A stretch of DNA of 64,000 nucleotides from Octopus vulgaris (GCA_951406725.2 OX597829.1:40486001-40550000), one strand, 5' to 3'. Shown: positions 36,980-50,570, numbered from the stretch's first letter. Program-made: numbers and translations. The notes: generated by a model not told the origin, from the sequence alone.

Positions 36980-37600
36980 CTCTCTGGTTATGGTTCTTAT
37001 ATTTGTTCACTGATAAAGGAATTCTACATTTCGCTTCTGGTCACACTTGTTCATCGCTAGAATTTCTACCTCTCATTGCTGGTCACACTGGTTTACCGAG
37101 AGGAGTTTTATAAATCTCCTGTGGTGTCAGTCGCTCACTATCAGGAAGTCTTCAGGTCTCTTCTGGTTACACTTGTTCACAGACCGAAACTATGAAGTTC
37201 TTGTGGTCACAGTTGTTAACTGATAAAAAATACTTTATAGTTCATCTCTGGTTATACTTTTTCATAGATATAGGTGGCGAGCTGGCAGAAACGTTAGCAT
37301 GCCAGGCAAAATGCGTAGCCGTATTTCGTCTGCAGTTACGTTCTGAGTTCAAATTCCGCCGAGGTTGACCTTGCCTTTCATCCTTTTGGGGTCGGTTAAA
37401 TATGTACCAGTTAATCACCAGGGGGCGATGTAATCAACTTAATCTGTTTGTCTGTCTTTGTTTGTCCCCTTTATGTTTAGCCCCTTGTGGGTAGTAAAGA
37501 AATAGATAGATAAAGGAGTTGTACAATTCACTTCTGGATTTACTTGTTCACTGTCTGAGGGTCTTCCTAGTTTACCCCTGATTCTACCGATTTACTGACA
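36980..37600. repeat. Degenerate minisatellite of about 42 bp interrupted by a SINE
   Basis: Core ctggt(c/t)acacttgttcac recurs near 37035, 37078, 37119, 37161, 37202, 37248 and 37531. Confidence 0.6.
37272..37505 (+). mobile_element. SINE family A
   Basis: aggtggcgagctggcagaaacg...aaagaaatag with atagata on both flanks. Confidence 0.9.
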
Positions 37601-37944
37601 TAGTAACTGTGTCTACTTCAGTTATCTTGGAATGCTGACTTACCATTGGTACCAAGCTGATTCTGTTTATGGCTGTTTGGTGTGATGGCTGGAATTGTGC
37701 CACAGAACGTTCAGTTTTAAACCTCTTCTGCACAAGCTATACATCACAGCTACAAAATCCTGCCACTGAACATAATTACATAATTTTGACTAACGAGTGT
37801 TCCAAGCGTTAATCTACCCATCTAGCCAATGAAATATATTTCAAGTGGTAGCTTGTGCTTGTTTCTACAGCCATGTATAAAGCTTACCATTTAATTCTTT
37901 CTTTAAGAAGAGCCAGTACATGATCAGATTGGGCTTTTGATTTA

Positions 37945-38290
37945 CAGGTGTGTGTGCTCAAAATATCTTGTGGAAGCATCATCCAACCAAAGTACAAATA
38001 TATGGGAAATTACCACCTGTGTCATCTCTTGTGAAAGGTGGAAGAGTCCAGTTTGCTGGACATTGTTGTAGAGCTGAAAACGAGGTAATTTCTACTCTTC
38101 TCCTCTGGAAGCCATCTGCTCGCAATACCAGAGGATGCACACTCTCCTACCCTGATGTAATCTACAGGGATACAGGCATCCAGCAACAGGACCTCCGTAA
38201 TGCTATGATGTACCGTGAGGTCTGGCGTAGCATGGTAACTTCCATTGTCTCGACCACGGTCGAACAATGATGATGATGATGATGATGATG
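37945..38290 (+). pseudogene. RTE-type LINE 3' end with (TGA)n tail
   Basis: W.HHPT...IYG.LPPVS...RVQFAGHC.R...LLLWKP...AMM.REVWR followed directly by a tandem tail. Confidence 0.8.
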
Positions 38291-38394
38291 TGTGTGTGTA
38301 TGCATGCATACTTTCACAAGTATTGGTAATTGAATTTTAACTTTACATCATTGTAGTTGTCAAGCTGTGTTCAGGTTTGGAACCGATCCAGATG

Positions 38395-38720
38395 CTAGGA
38401 GCATGCCGGTGGCACGTGAACAGAACAGTCGAGCAAGGTCATTGCCAGTGCCGCTGGACTGACTCCTGTGCAGGTGGCATGTAAAAAAACACCATTTCGA
38501 GCGTGGCCATTGCCAGTACCGCCCAACTGGCCCTTGTGCTGGTGGCACGTAAAAGCACCCACTACACTCTCAGAGTGGTTGGTGTTAGGAAGGGCATCCA
38601 GCTGTAGAAACTCTGCCAGATCAGATTGGAGCCTGGTGCAGCCATCTGGTTCGCCAGTCCTCAGTCAAATCGTCCATGCTAGCATGGAAAGCGGACGTTA
38701 AACGATGATGATGATGATGA
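38395..38720 (+). mobile_element. SINE-like family C
   Basis: Matches the family C sequence. Confidence 0.85.
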
Positions 38721-38724
38721 TTGT

Positions 38725-38942
38725 GCACAGGGGGATAAACATAGAGGAGACAAACAAGGACAGACAAAGGGATTAAGTCGATTGCATAGACCCCAGTGTG
38801 TAGCTTGTACTTATTCAGTCGACCCTGAAAGGATGAAAAGCAAAATCGACCTTGGCAGAATTTGAACTCAGAACATAAAGACAGATGAAATACTGCTAAG
38901 CATTTTGCCTGGCATGCTAACGAATCTGCCAGCTCACAGCCC
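38725..38942 (-). mobile_element. SINE family A, diverged
   Basis: Reverse-complement match. Confidence 0.75.
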
Positions 38943-39856
38943 TAGCAGCATTTGTTTTCAGCATCAGGTGAGTTGAACATCTCCCATGCACCTGCAAAAC
39001 TTCACATGTGGGGGGCCAAATCAAATTGTCATTAAATTGATAAAATCAATGACTGTGTACATATAGACTCCTTTGTCTCTCACCTCTATTCCCATCTTCC
39101 CCTCCTCTAACCCCACCACCGTTGCACTATGTTGAGATGCTCCAACATCTCACCACCTTGTCAGTCTTCTTTTATGCTTTCCAACTACTCTGCTTTCTAT
39201 CACAAGCCACCTCTACTTGTCCTTCCACCACACTCCTGCCTCCTCAAAACCTCGCTTAGAACCATTACCATCCCTCCACCTCTCAAATACTAACCCCCTA
39301 CTCTCATATAGTCAAATAGACCCTTTTTTCTTCTTTTTTTTTTTCCTTTTTCATTCATTCTGTTCATCTCTTTCCTTGCTTTGCAAGTTACTTGGCAACC
39401 TTGTTACTGTGGGTGACTTAAGAAAAGCCTCCAGTACACTCTGTAAAGTGGTTGGCATTAGGAAGGGCATCCAATCATAGAAACCATGCCAAAGCTAACA
39501 CTGGAACTTGACTTGGTCTTATAGCTCACCAGATCCTGTCAAACCATCCCATATCTCTGCCAGCATAGAAAACAATGGTGATGATGATATATATATATAA
39601 AACACAAAGTAAGTTAGGGGTTATGGATGCAACCCACTAAAGGATAGCATTTATCCAATATACTGTTGGTAAAAAACCCAAATTCTTAATACATAAATGT
39701 TTTTAATTGCAATGCAATTAACTTATTGTATTAAATGGGTGAAGGTAAAGAAATATTTTACCATTAATTTATATTACAAATAAGAAAATGGAGAAACAAT
39801 TTAGTTTGTTCATTTTGGATATTAGAATGTTGATTATATATATATATATATATATA

Positions 39857-40157
39857 TCACCGTGACTGACCAGGCTATCAGATATTGCTACACATCGCTG
39901 GTCACAATACACTTCGCATTGTTTTAGCCTTCAAATGATGCCACCCTGCTGGCTAAGCGAGCAGGCCAACAGAAGGAAAAGTGAGAAAGTTGCAGCGAAA
40001 GAGTACAGCAGGGATCGCCACCAACCCCCTGCTGGAGTCCCGTGGAGCTTTAGGTGTTTTTGCTCAATAAACACTCACAACACCCGGTCTGGGAATTGAA
40101 ACCGCGGTCCTCCGACCGCAAGTCCACTGCCCTAACCATTGGGCCATTGCGCCTCCA
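39857..40157 (-). mobile_element. tRNA-derived SINE family D
   Basis: ...ccactgccctaaccattgggccattgcgcctcc head; tcaccgtgactgaccag tail next to (TA)n. Confidence 0.85.
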
Positions 40158-40347
40158 TACATATAGAGAGAGAAAGAGAGAGTTGAAATAATCAGCAGTG
40201 ATGCTTTCTGCAAGCTCTTCTAAATCCATTGCATTGTTGGAAACCCTCCATGTCATCAGTGAAGTAAGAACAATGATTGTTATGATGCTGTATCTATGAT
40301 GGTTTAAGTCATATGTAGTTAAGTCAAAATGTTATTAAGTGTGTGCG

Positions 40348-40384
<37 letters not shown>

Positions 40385-40589
40385 ATATATATATATATAT
40401 ATATACATACACACACACACATATATATGCCAATATATATATATACACACACACACATACACATATATATATGCCAATATATATATATATTCACACACAC
40501 ACACATATATATATATATGCCAATAATATATATATATATATCCACATATATATGTATTTATGTACGCATATATATTTATATTATTTATT

Positions 40590-40658
<69 letters not shown>

Positions 40659-41186
40659 GATATAGATATATGGTTACTTGGTGTCTCTATTATTCCTTTT
40701 ATTTCAAAGGGCCAGCCTTGTCACTCTCTGTGTGGTGCTGAATCTCCCTGAGATCTACATGCACCTGTGGGTACAGGTACATGTAGGGTACATGTACCTG
40801 TGGAGTGTTCGGTCATTTGCTCATTAACTTCATAAGCGGGCTGGCTGTTCAGTTGATCGGATCAGCTGGAACAATTCATCATCCTAACTAACTAACTAAC
40901 TAACTAACGGAATGCCATTATTATATCAGTTCACACTGCACTTCGTTACACCACCCTTCCCAAACCGTACCACCATATCACATTGGGTACTTATGACAAC
41001 CACTGCTTTATGTAATCAAACCAAAGTGTACCACCAATGTCACTACACTGAAATTTGACTGTGCCACACCTCTACACAGTGGTGTAGTTTCGGTACACCG
41101 CTGCAGTTAGGTAAATCGCACTACATCACACTTTTCTCTTTAGTTTTCGTTTGTATGTCGTTTGCATTTTTTTTTTCTTTTCTTTG

Positions 41187-41290
41187 CGAGGTGGAGGTGG
41201 GGAGGGTGGGGCAGAAGCGGAGGGGGCGGTGCGGGGCGGTGCCGGGTGTTGTCGAGGTGGTGCGGGTTGGGGGGGGGTGCCATTTCGCAA
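41187..41290 (+). promoter_or_regulatory. G-rich/CpG patch with GC boxes and G-quadruplex potential
   Basis: ggggagggtggggcagaagcggagggggcggtgcggggcggtgccggg...; two GGGCGG; unusual in this AT-rich window. Confidence 0.35.
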
Positions 41291-41485
41291 ACTTTCTTTT
41301 ATTCCAATTAATTTTATATACATACCCGTTCACCTTAATTTACCTTTCCCCCCTCCCCCCGCCTCTCACTACTTCTCTCTCTCTCTTTCTCCCTTTCTCC
41401 TTGTCAGCTTTCTTTTCCTTTTTTTTTTCTACTGCTTTTTCATTCATTCACTCTATCTTTCAGTTTCATAATCTGTCTGTCTGTT

Positions 41486-41489
<4 letters not shown>

Positions 41490-41532
<43 letters not shown>

Positions 41533-41587
41533 GCACACATATATATATATTTATATATACATACATATATATATATATACACACACG

Positions 41588-41620
<33 letters not shown>

Positions 41621-41685
41621 TTATATATACATACATATATATATATTTATATATACATACATATATATATATATTTATATATACA

Positions 41686-41734
<49 letters not shown>

Positions 41735-41795
41735 CATATATATATATTTATATATACATACATATATATATATATTTATATATATATATTTATAT

Positions 41796-41873
<78 letters not shown>

Positions 41874-42000
41874 ACACATACATACACGTTTATATATATT
41901 TATATATATATACACACATACATACACGTTTATATATATATATATATATATATAAACGTGTATGTATGTGTGTGTGTGTGTGTATATATATTTATATATA
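41490..42000. repeat. Compound TA/CA microsatellite
   Basis: Direct inspection. Confidence 0.95.
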
Positions 42001-42546
42001 TAATGTTCTAACCTGACCTCTTCATATATCTCTTTCCACCACTTCATGTAGAAGTGATCCCTTTTTTTTTTCTCCCCACCTTTCTTCCATAAATCGCTAC
42101 TGCTACTACTAATACTACTGCCGCTGTTGTTGTTTTTGTTTTTGTTGTTCTCGCTGCTTACACTGCTGCCGCCATCGCCACTGCTGCTGCCGCCGCTGCT
42201 GCTGCTGCTGCTAGTGACAAGCACCAGGCCAAGGTGGCTGCCAAGAATATTTTGTACTTGATGGGTGATGTAACTAGGGTGATGTAGTACAGTTGTGTAT
42301 TCAGAACCGGAGAGAAGGAAAGAGTAGGAGCACAGAGATAACGAGAGAGAGAGAGAGAGAGATAACGAGAGAGAGAGAGAGAGAGATAACGAGAGAGAGT
42401 GAGTGAACAACGAAAGATACACCTGACTACCCCTTTCTCTTCTCTGTGTCTACTCATTATCCTAACATACTCCTTCACACTCTCCCCCACCCCGTTCTTT
42501 CCCCCACTTCATCTCTCTCTCTCTTTCTCTTTCTCTCTCTCTCACT

Positions 42547-42578
<32 letters not shown>

Positions 42579-42731
42579 CTACTTCACACACACAATCTCA
42601 CACATCTAACCAACAATGGAACATACCTTTATCCACCTCTACCCTTCCCTCCCATCGACTTCAATACCCCGTCCCCTCCACTCCACTCCACTCCACCCGT
42701 CCTTCCCAGTCTCCTATTCTTCTTCCAAAAG

Positions 42732-42776
42732 ATTCAGACCATATTGTTCTCCATCTGGGTGGAGAAGGGGTGAATG
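42732..42776 (+). CDS. Candidate 45-nt symmetric micro-exon
   Basis: Pyrimidine tract and ...ttccaaaag acceptor, atg|gtatgt donor, open phase 1-1 frame (D)SDHIVLHLGGEGVN(G). Confidence 0.3.
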
Positions 42777-43079
42777 GTATGTGGTGGACCAGGGAAGGAA
42801 CACTCCCCTCCGCCCGGTCACTTATTCCCTCTTTCTCTCCTTTTTCCTTAATTTCTTCCATTAATCCCCCTTGGTTTTTCCTTTCTTACTTTACTCCAGT
42901 TTCTTCTGCTCTCTCTCTCTCTCTCTCTCTCTGTTCACTTACTTTCTCCCTCTTCATCTCTCTCTCTCTCTCTTTCCTGTTTATCCACCAATCTCTCCAT
43001 CCAGTTAGCCATCCATTTGTCTCTGAGTCTGTCTCTCCATCCTTCATTTTCTTTTTTATAACATTTGCATTTCACATAA

Positions 43080-43168
43080 GTGCATGAATATGTTTGTGTA
43101 TGTATATATATATATCTATGTGTGTGGGTAGTTATGTGCATGTATGTATGTGTGTGTATGTATGTATG

Positions 43169-43204
<36 letters not shown>

Positions 43205-43607
43205 GAATAGGCACATATGTGTGTGTGAGCTCCTTGGTTTTGTGTTTATGTTTTCGTTTCTCATTGTGTTTGACGTTTTTTTGGTGTCCTGTACCCATAT
43301 ATGCATGTATATATACATGTAGAGGTAGGTACGTACATATATGTATGTATATATGCATATGTTTTATTTATTTATTTATTTATTAATTTATTATATATAT
43401 ATATATATATATATATATCAGTTGTTCAGTAACCATCCGGAGAATGCCTGGCTGAGTATGTATAATGAATTGAGTCATGAATTGTCTCATGGTTACCTGA
43501 GTATCCCACTGTGTAATGGTGGTGCTGAATTGCCTGTGTGGATGTGATATCATTGTACACTTCTCTTCAGTTTAAATGTACATATACATACATAGACATA
43601 TATATAC

Positions 43608-43641
<34 letters not shown>

Positions 43642-44132
43642 ATGTATGTCTGTGTATATATGTGTGCGTGTGTATATATATATTTGTGTATGTATGTACA
43701 TGTATATATATATGTGTGTATTTATGTATGTGTGTACATATCTATATATGTGTGTACGTATGTATGTGTATATATATGTACATATATATATGTGTGTATA
43801 TATATGTATATATGTGTGTGTGTATAGATATGCATATGTTTGTATATATATATGTATATGTATGTATATATATATGTGTATATATATAAATGTATGTGTA
43901 TGTGTATATGTATATATATATATATAAATGTATTTGTATGTGTATATGTATATATATATCATATATATGTATGTATATATATGTATATGTATATATGTAT
44001 ATGTATATCATATATATGTATGTATATATATGTATATGTATATATGTGTATATATATCATATATATGTATGTATATATATATATGTATATGTATATATAT
44101 GTGTATACATATCATATATATGTATATATATG

Positions 44133-44163
<31 letters not shown>

Positions 44164-44421
44164 TGTATATATGTGTATATGTATATATATATGTATATAT
44201 GTGTGTGTATATATGTATATATGTATATATATATATATGTATGTACGTATGTGTATATATATGTATTTGTGTATATATATATATGTATATTCACATACAT
44301 ATAGGTAAAGAAATTAATGAGTGCATGCGTTACATAAATATTTTTAGGATTAAATAAAATGACAACAAATGGAAAATATGACATGTCTATATATGTTTGT
44401 TGTCTTTTCATTTAATCCTGA

Positions 44422-44475
<54 letters not shown>

Positions 44476-44530
44476 GTATACACACACACACACACACACA
44501 CACATACACACACACATATATATATATATC
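43080..44530. repeat. Extended compound TA/TG microsatellite region
   Basis: Direct inspection; includes a short TA-embedded element at about 43220-43330 related to 4580-4660. Confidence 0.9.
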
Positions 44531-45407
44531 AGGTGAGATCTGGAATTTAAGAAAATTGGTGCTGGTTTGTTTCCTTCCCCACTGCCAATCCCTTTCTTAG
44601 ACCCACCATTAAGCTTGAGTCTCTCATCTCTCCTTTATCTCTTCTAGCCAATTCTTAGTGCTCACTCCTTAAAGTTCATTACTTACTCTCCTCCTCACAC
44701 CATCTCTCTCTCTCCCCTTTCTCTTCTCCATCTTCTCTCCCTTTTCTCTTACTCCCCTCTTTCGTTTCTCTTTCTCTCCTCCTCCTCCTGTCTGTTTTAT
44801 TCTGCAATTTTCCTTTAGTTCATGGTTCCTGCTTACCTCACCTCACCTCACCTCCTCTGCCTCTATATTTAATTCACTTGACCAAACCCTTACCACCTAT
44901 TCGTTCCTCCCCACCACCACCACCACCACCACCACCATCATTTCAACTGACCTAATACCTGTTCCAATCTTCTTTTTAGCATTCCTTTTCAATTTACTTC
45001 CTCTCTTATCACCCCCCCCTCTCCCACACCACTACTTCACTGTCCTTTTCCTCTCCCCACACCTACCTACCTACCACTTTACACTACTCTTTCACCTTTC
45101 CTCATTTACTTTTCTGCTACCCAAGGTATTAATTAACCTCTATATTCAAGTCAGATATTTTCACCCCTCATGGCAAATCAACTCACTTAAACATGTTTGT
45201 TTTTTTTTTTTGCTTTTTTGGGTTTTTTTTACTATAAAGTTTTGTGAAAGTTGTTCTTATTGCTTAGCTCTATGTCAGCCATAATTGTTTCAAATTTTGG
45301 CACAAAGCCAGCAAATTTAAGGAGAAGGCTGGTTAGCCAATTACTTTGGCCCCAGTACATGACTGGTGCCTTGAAATGATGAGAAGCGAAGTTGACCTCA
45401 GAATACA

Positions 45408-45889
45408 AAGTACTCAATAGAAAGAAGATTTGAGCGATACCGAATTATATACATTTGGAAAATGATAGAGCAAAAGGTGCCAAACTTTGGTATCAAAACC
45501 TACCACTCACTGCGCCACGGAAGACGCTGCCAGCTACCACCAATCAACAAAAAGGCTGGCCAGGCAGCAAAAACCCTGCGAGAATCAAGTCTGTTGGTTC
45601 GAGGAGCACAACTATTCAACTCCATTCCGGTACATGTCAGAAATCTATCAGGATGCAGTGTGGAATCATTCAAATTGCAGCTGGATAGATACTTAAGCAC
45701 CATTAGAGATGAACGCCATCTCCCAGGATATACACAACGAGCACAAACTGACTCAAACTCGTTCCTACACATGTCAAAATTAAACAGAGAATACAACCTG
45801 GCAACCACACCAGACTCTGAGGGTGGAGTCTTCGACTTGGCCTGAGCATGGACTCAAACTCAAATGAAATGAAATGAAATGAAATGAAC
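45408..45889 (+). pseudogene. CR1-group LINE 3' end with (AAATG)n tail and TSD
   Basis: YSIERRFERYRIIYIWKMIEQKVPN...GAQLFNSIPVHVRN...FKLQLDRYL; cagaataca duplicated at 45399 and 45890. Confidence 0.85.
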
Positions 45890-46108
45890 CAGAATACACA
45901 AGAGCCATTATACTAAGCATTGAGCAGACATTTGTTTAAATGTTTTGCATTAGGGGGCTGTCATGTTTCTTTCTTTTAGCTAGGTAAGGTGTGATTTGAG
46001 GGAGTTTCAACTGTTGCTTCTAGCTGGTCAGATCACCAGATAGAAGTAGAATCTATGCTGATTGGTTTGAAATGTTTCAGTAGCCTTAAACATCTCTTTG
46101 GTTCCAAT

Positions 46109-46109
<1 letters not shown>

Positions 46110-46140
<31 letters not shown>

Positions 46141-46470
46141 TTAACGTCCATTTTTTCATGCTAGCATGGGTTGGACGGTTCGACCAGGGTCTGGTAAGCC
46201 ATGGAGGCTGCACCAGGCTCCAGTCTGGTTTGGCAGTGTTTCTACAGCTGGATGCCCTTTCTAACGCCAACCACTCCGTGAGTGTAGTGGGTTCTTTTTA
46301 CATGCCACCGGCACAGGGGCCAGAGCAGGCTGGCAAACGGCCACTATCGGTTGGTGCTTTTACGTGTCACCGACACGGATGCCAGTCAGGCGGCACTGGC
46401 ACCTGCCACATTTGGACGGTGCTTTTTACGTGTCACCGGCACAGGTGTCTTAACTACAATTTCCATTTGA
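46110..46470 (-). mobile_element. SINE-like family C
   Basis: (CAT)n plus the conserved block. Confidence 0.8.
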
Positions 46471-47109
46471 TTTATGTCTTTTTAATGTGACAGCATCAAT
46501 TTTCCCAGAGAAGGCAAGGTGAGGCAAGCAAGAACCATGAACTAAACAAAACTTAGGCACCAGATTTTCTGAGAATTGTAAGCTAAGGTCTTATTCCAGC
46601 AATAGACATATCTATCATAAGTATTATGCAATGACAGTAGAGTTAAGCTGCCTGAAACCATTCAAGGTTCTTACCAAAACTTCATGTTAATTTATGTTCT
46701 AAACACTGACTAATGATGCCAATAAGTTATTTTACTGAATTCTTTGTTATTTTCAAAACTAACTGAAACAGAACCAATGTATTTCAACAGAAATATGCTA
46801 ACAAAAGAGTTAAGATATTGTTATGTTCGTTTTGTTGTGTAAATATATTAATTTATAGTGAAATAGTAAAGATGTCTGACTGCGGACCACATAATCAGGG
46901 GTTAATCCCTCTAGTATTTAAACTGGTTGTATCTGGTTTGAATGATCTACCAGTCTTATGTTCAAACTGTCAAAATCTGGTCTCTTGTACCTACCCTACA
47001 ATGTCATTCTCGAAACATAAAATTGTATCATTGAAATTTCAAAGTTAAAAGATAATGCATGGTTAATCCAAAATAGTGCAAATTAATAAGTGTTAAATTT
47101 TACAGAGTC

Positions 47110-47272
47110 AGGCGTAGGAGTGGCTGTGTGGTAAGTAGTTTGCTTACTAACCACATGGTTCCGGGTTTAGTCCCACTGCGTGGCACCTTGGGCAAGTGTC
47201 TTCCACTATAACCTCGGGCCAACCAAAGCCTTGTGAGTGGATTTGGTAGGCGGAAACTGAAAGAAGCCCATC

Positions 47273-47303
<31 letters not shown>

Positions 47304-47612
47304 CTACATATATATATATATATATATATACATATACACACACATATAGATATATATATATATATATGTGTATATGTTTGTGTGTCTGTGTTTGTCCGCC
47401 ACCACCCACCACCCCCAACATCGCTTGACAGCTGATGCTGGTGTGTTTACGTCCCCGTAACTTAGTGGTTCCACAAAAGAGACCGATAGAATAAGTACTA
47501 GGCTTACAAAGAATAAGTCCTGGGGTCGATTTCCTCGACTAAAGGCGGTGCTCCAGGATGGCCACAGTCAAATGACTGAAACAAATAGAAGAGTAAAAAA
47601 AGAGTAAAGAGA
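47110..47612 (+). mobile_element. SINE family B, full length
   Basis: aggcgtaggagtggctgtgtggtaag...ggttccgggtttagtccc...ccttgggcaagtg...gactgaaac. Confidence 0.9.
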
Positions 47613-47912
47613 GTCAGCTGAATGCTAAAGGGTTTCAAGGCTATTACTATCAGTAATAGCCACTTACTGCTCAAAGCACATAACTCTGCTTTCTTCTGTC
47701 TACCTGACTGACAACAGATTCCACTGTTACTCTCTGGTGTTAAAGGTTAAATAGTAGGGAAGACATTTAGCTGTGAGATGAGATATTTGTTACCAGAGAT
47801 GATAAACTTATTGTGGTTTGTAACTGCAAAAATGGAATAAAATTAAATTTTGTTTGAAAATTACTAGTTTTAAATCTCACAATGTGAGATATTCAGCAAC
47901 AGTAGTTTGTAG

Positions 47913-48278
47913 TAAAGATTGTTTGCCAACATAACATGGTAGTTCCGGTCTAGGACGAATGTTGCTGTAATTTAGCCCCAGGAGACATCGTCTCTAGCCA
48001 GCTATACGACACGATCTGTGTCCTTATATTTTCGAACAAGGGAATCTAGTGACCCCACTCAGCTCAAACAATATCTGTGTATTGCAATTTCTGGGTTATT
48101 TCCCTTCACCAGCATAGAATACTTGTTCAGCTAGAGGTCATGCTGCCAAATTCCTGTTCAAATATAAGGACACAGATTGTGTCGTATAGCCAGCTGGAGA
48201 CGATGACTCCTGGGGCTAAATTACAGCAACATTCGTCCTAAACCAGGACTGCCATGTTATGTTGGCAAACAATCTTTA
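47913..48278. mobile_element. MITE with TIRs of about 115 bp
   Basis: taaagattgtttgccaacataacatgg... / ...ccatgttatgttggcaaacaatcttta. Confidence 0.85.
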
Positions 48279-48384
48279 TTTTAAATGTTGTTGTTCATCC
48301 TAATCAAAGATATTCCTTCCATGTCTACCCTGTAGTGTTTACAGTCAAAGTGTTCTTTCTCATATATTAAGACAATATATGAAA

Positions 48385-48720
48385 GTGCACAGCTCAGTGG
48401 TTAGAGAATTGTGCTCACAATCATGAGGCAGAGAATTAGATTCCCAGACTGGAATGTGTGGTGTGTTCTTGAGCAAGACACTTTATTTCACGTTGCTCCA
48501 GTTCACTCATCTGTAGAAATGAGTTACAATGTCACTGGTGCCAAGCTGTATCTGCCTTTGCCTTTCTTTCGGATAACATTGATGCGTGGAGAGGGGAGGT
48601 TGGTATGCATGGGTGACTGCTAGTCTTCCATAAATAACCTCAGCCAGACTGGTACCTCAGAGGGGAAATTTCTTGGTGCAATCTCATGGCCATTCATGAC
48701 CAAAGGGGGTCTTTATGGTG
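48385..48720 (+). mobile_element. Diverged tRNA-derived SINE (other family)
   Basis: agctcagtggttagag...gattcccagact head followed by ttcttgagcaagacacttt. Confidence 0.6.
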
Positions 48721-49488
48721 TGGTGTAATTTGACTGGTGGGGATAAGGTGTTTGGTTACAAATAAACATGCAAACCTCACATTGAATTCATTTTCAACAC
48801 AAGACACTCACTTCTTTTTCATGAATGTGTGGTCAAAAATGCTCACTTAGCTATGACATGGTCCTTGGTTCAATCCCAGTGCATGGTACCTTGAGCAAGT
48901 GTCTTCTGCTATAGCCTCAGACCAACCAAATCTTTGTGAGTGGATTTGGTAGATGGAAACTGTGTGGAAGCCCATTGTGTGTGTGTGTGTGTTTGTGTGA
49001 TCACTTAATATCATTTCCCATGATGGCATGGACATAGTTCGATATGATCCAGCAAGTCATGGGGCTACATCAAGCTCCTGTGTCAACTTTGGTGTGGTCT
49101 TTATAACTGGATGCCCTTCCTATTAGCAATAAATAATGTGTGTACAAGCATGTGTGTGTGTTTGTAAGTATGTCTGTATGTATGAGTATGTATGTGTGTG
49201 TGTGTGTTCGTTCCCCCACCACATGACAGTTGGTGCTAGTCTCTTTACATCCCGATAGCTTAGCAGTACAGCAAAATAGATTGATAAATACCAGACATCA
49301 TAATAAACAAATATGTACTGGAGTATTTGTTTTCTCCCCACTAAACTCTTTAAGGCAATTCCCCCAGCATGGCTGCTGTCTAATGACTGATGCAAGTGAA
49401 AGATAAAAGATTAAGAGATAGTCATTCTACCTTGTCAAGGTTACACTCTGAACTCCAATTTCTGAAAGGTGTTATCTGCACATGTGTA

Positions 49489-49591
<103 letters not shown>

Positions 49592-49765
49592 CTTATCTCT
49601 CTTCCCACAATATCATCAGCAAAAGCTTCCACCTACTCTGGTTCAAAGTCCCTCTCTCTTACAGAAACACACTTTCTCCTATTTCAAATATATCTACTTC
49701 CTTTAGCACTTTCTGGACTCCTATCTCCACCAACTCTTAATGCCAATATATTCTTGCATTGAGGA

Positions 49766-49812
<47 letters not shown>

Positions 49813-49881
49813 ACCATGATGCCATGATAGATCGTTAGCCACTACAAACATTTTTTTTCTCTCCTTGTTTTTTCTGTGTCC

Positions 49882-49917
49882 CTTTCTGTAGAAGAGCATA
49901 GGCTCGAAACGTAAAAG
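49882..49917 (+). ncRNA. Minimal hammerhead motif (core variant CUGUAGA)
   Basis: cttt-CTGTAGA-a-gagc-atag-gctc-GAAAC-GTA-aaag inside a TA-flanked element of about 200 bp. Confidence 0.6.
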
Positions 49918-50162
49918 ACTTTTTCTATTCCTAAGCGTTATACTAATACAACTGTTTGTTTTGTACACCACCTGTCTTCGTCTTTTGTTTTTTCTTTCAT
50001 AAACTCTCCCTACATATATATATTACTTCATTCTTGTTTAACTCTTTTGATATCAATCTGAGAGAGCCTTTGTTCTATGACACAAATTTCCTGTTTTAAA
50101 ATGATGTCAACTAAAACATTGAAGAAAATCACCCGTGCAATGGCTTTAACCCTTTTTGTTAC

Positions 50163-50570
50163 CATCATCATCATCATCATTTAACGTCCGCTTTCCATGC
50201 TGGCAACCCAGGCTCTAGTCTGATCTGGCAGAGTTTCTACAGCTGGATGCCTTTCCTAACGCCAACCACTCCGAGAGAGAAGTGGGTGCTTATACATGCC
50301 ACCGGCACGAGGGCCAGTTTGGTGGTACTGGCAACAGCCACGCCCAAATGGTGTTTTATATGTGCCACCTGCACAGGAGCCAGTCCAGCGGCACTGGCGA
50401 CAACCTCGCTCGAATGTTTCACGTGCCGCCAGTGCTAGTAAGGCGAAGTGGTAATGATTATGCTTGAATGGTGTGTTTAACGTGCCATCGGCACGAAGGC
50501 CAGCTTGTTGCTCTGGCAATGATCTCACTTGTATGGTACTCTTAGCACTCCACTAGCAACGGATGCCATT
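50163..50570 (-). mobile_element. SINE-like family C
   Basis: Matches family C with an internal deletion. Confidence 0.75.

Noticed and set aside
36980-37600. CRISPR-like repeat/spacer appearance
   Set aside because: Eukaryotic context, highly degenerate repeats and no cas genes.
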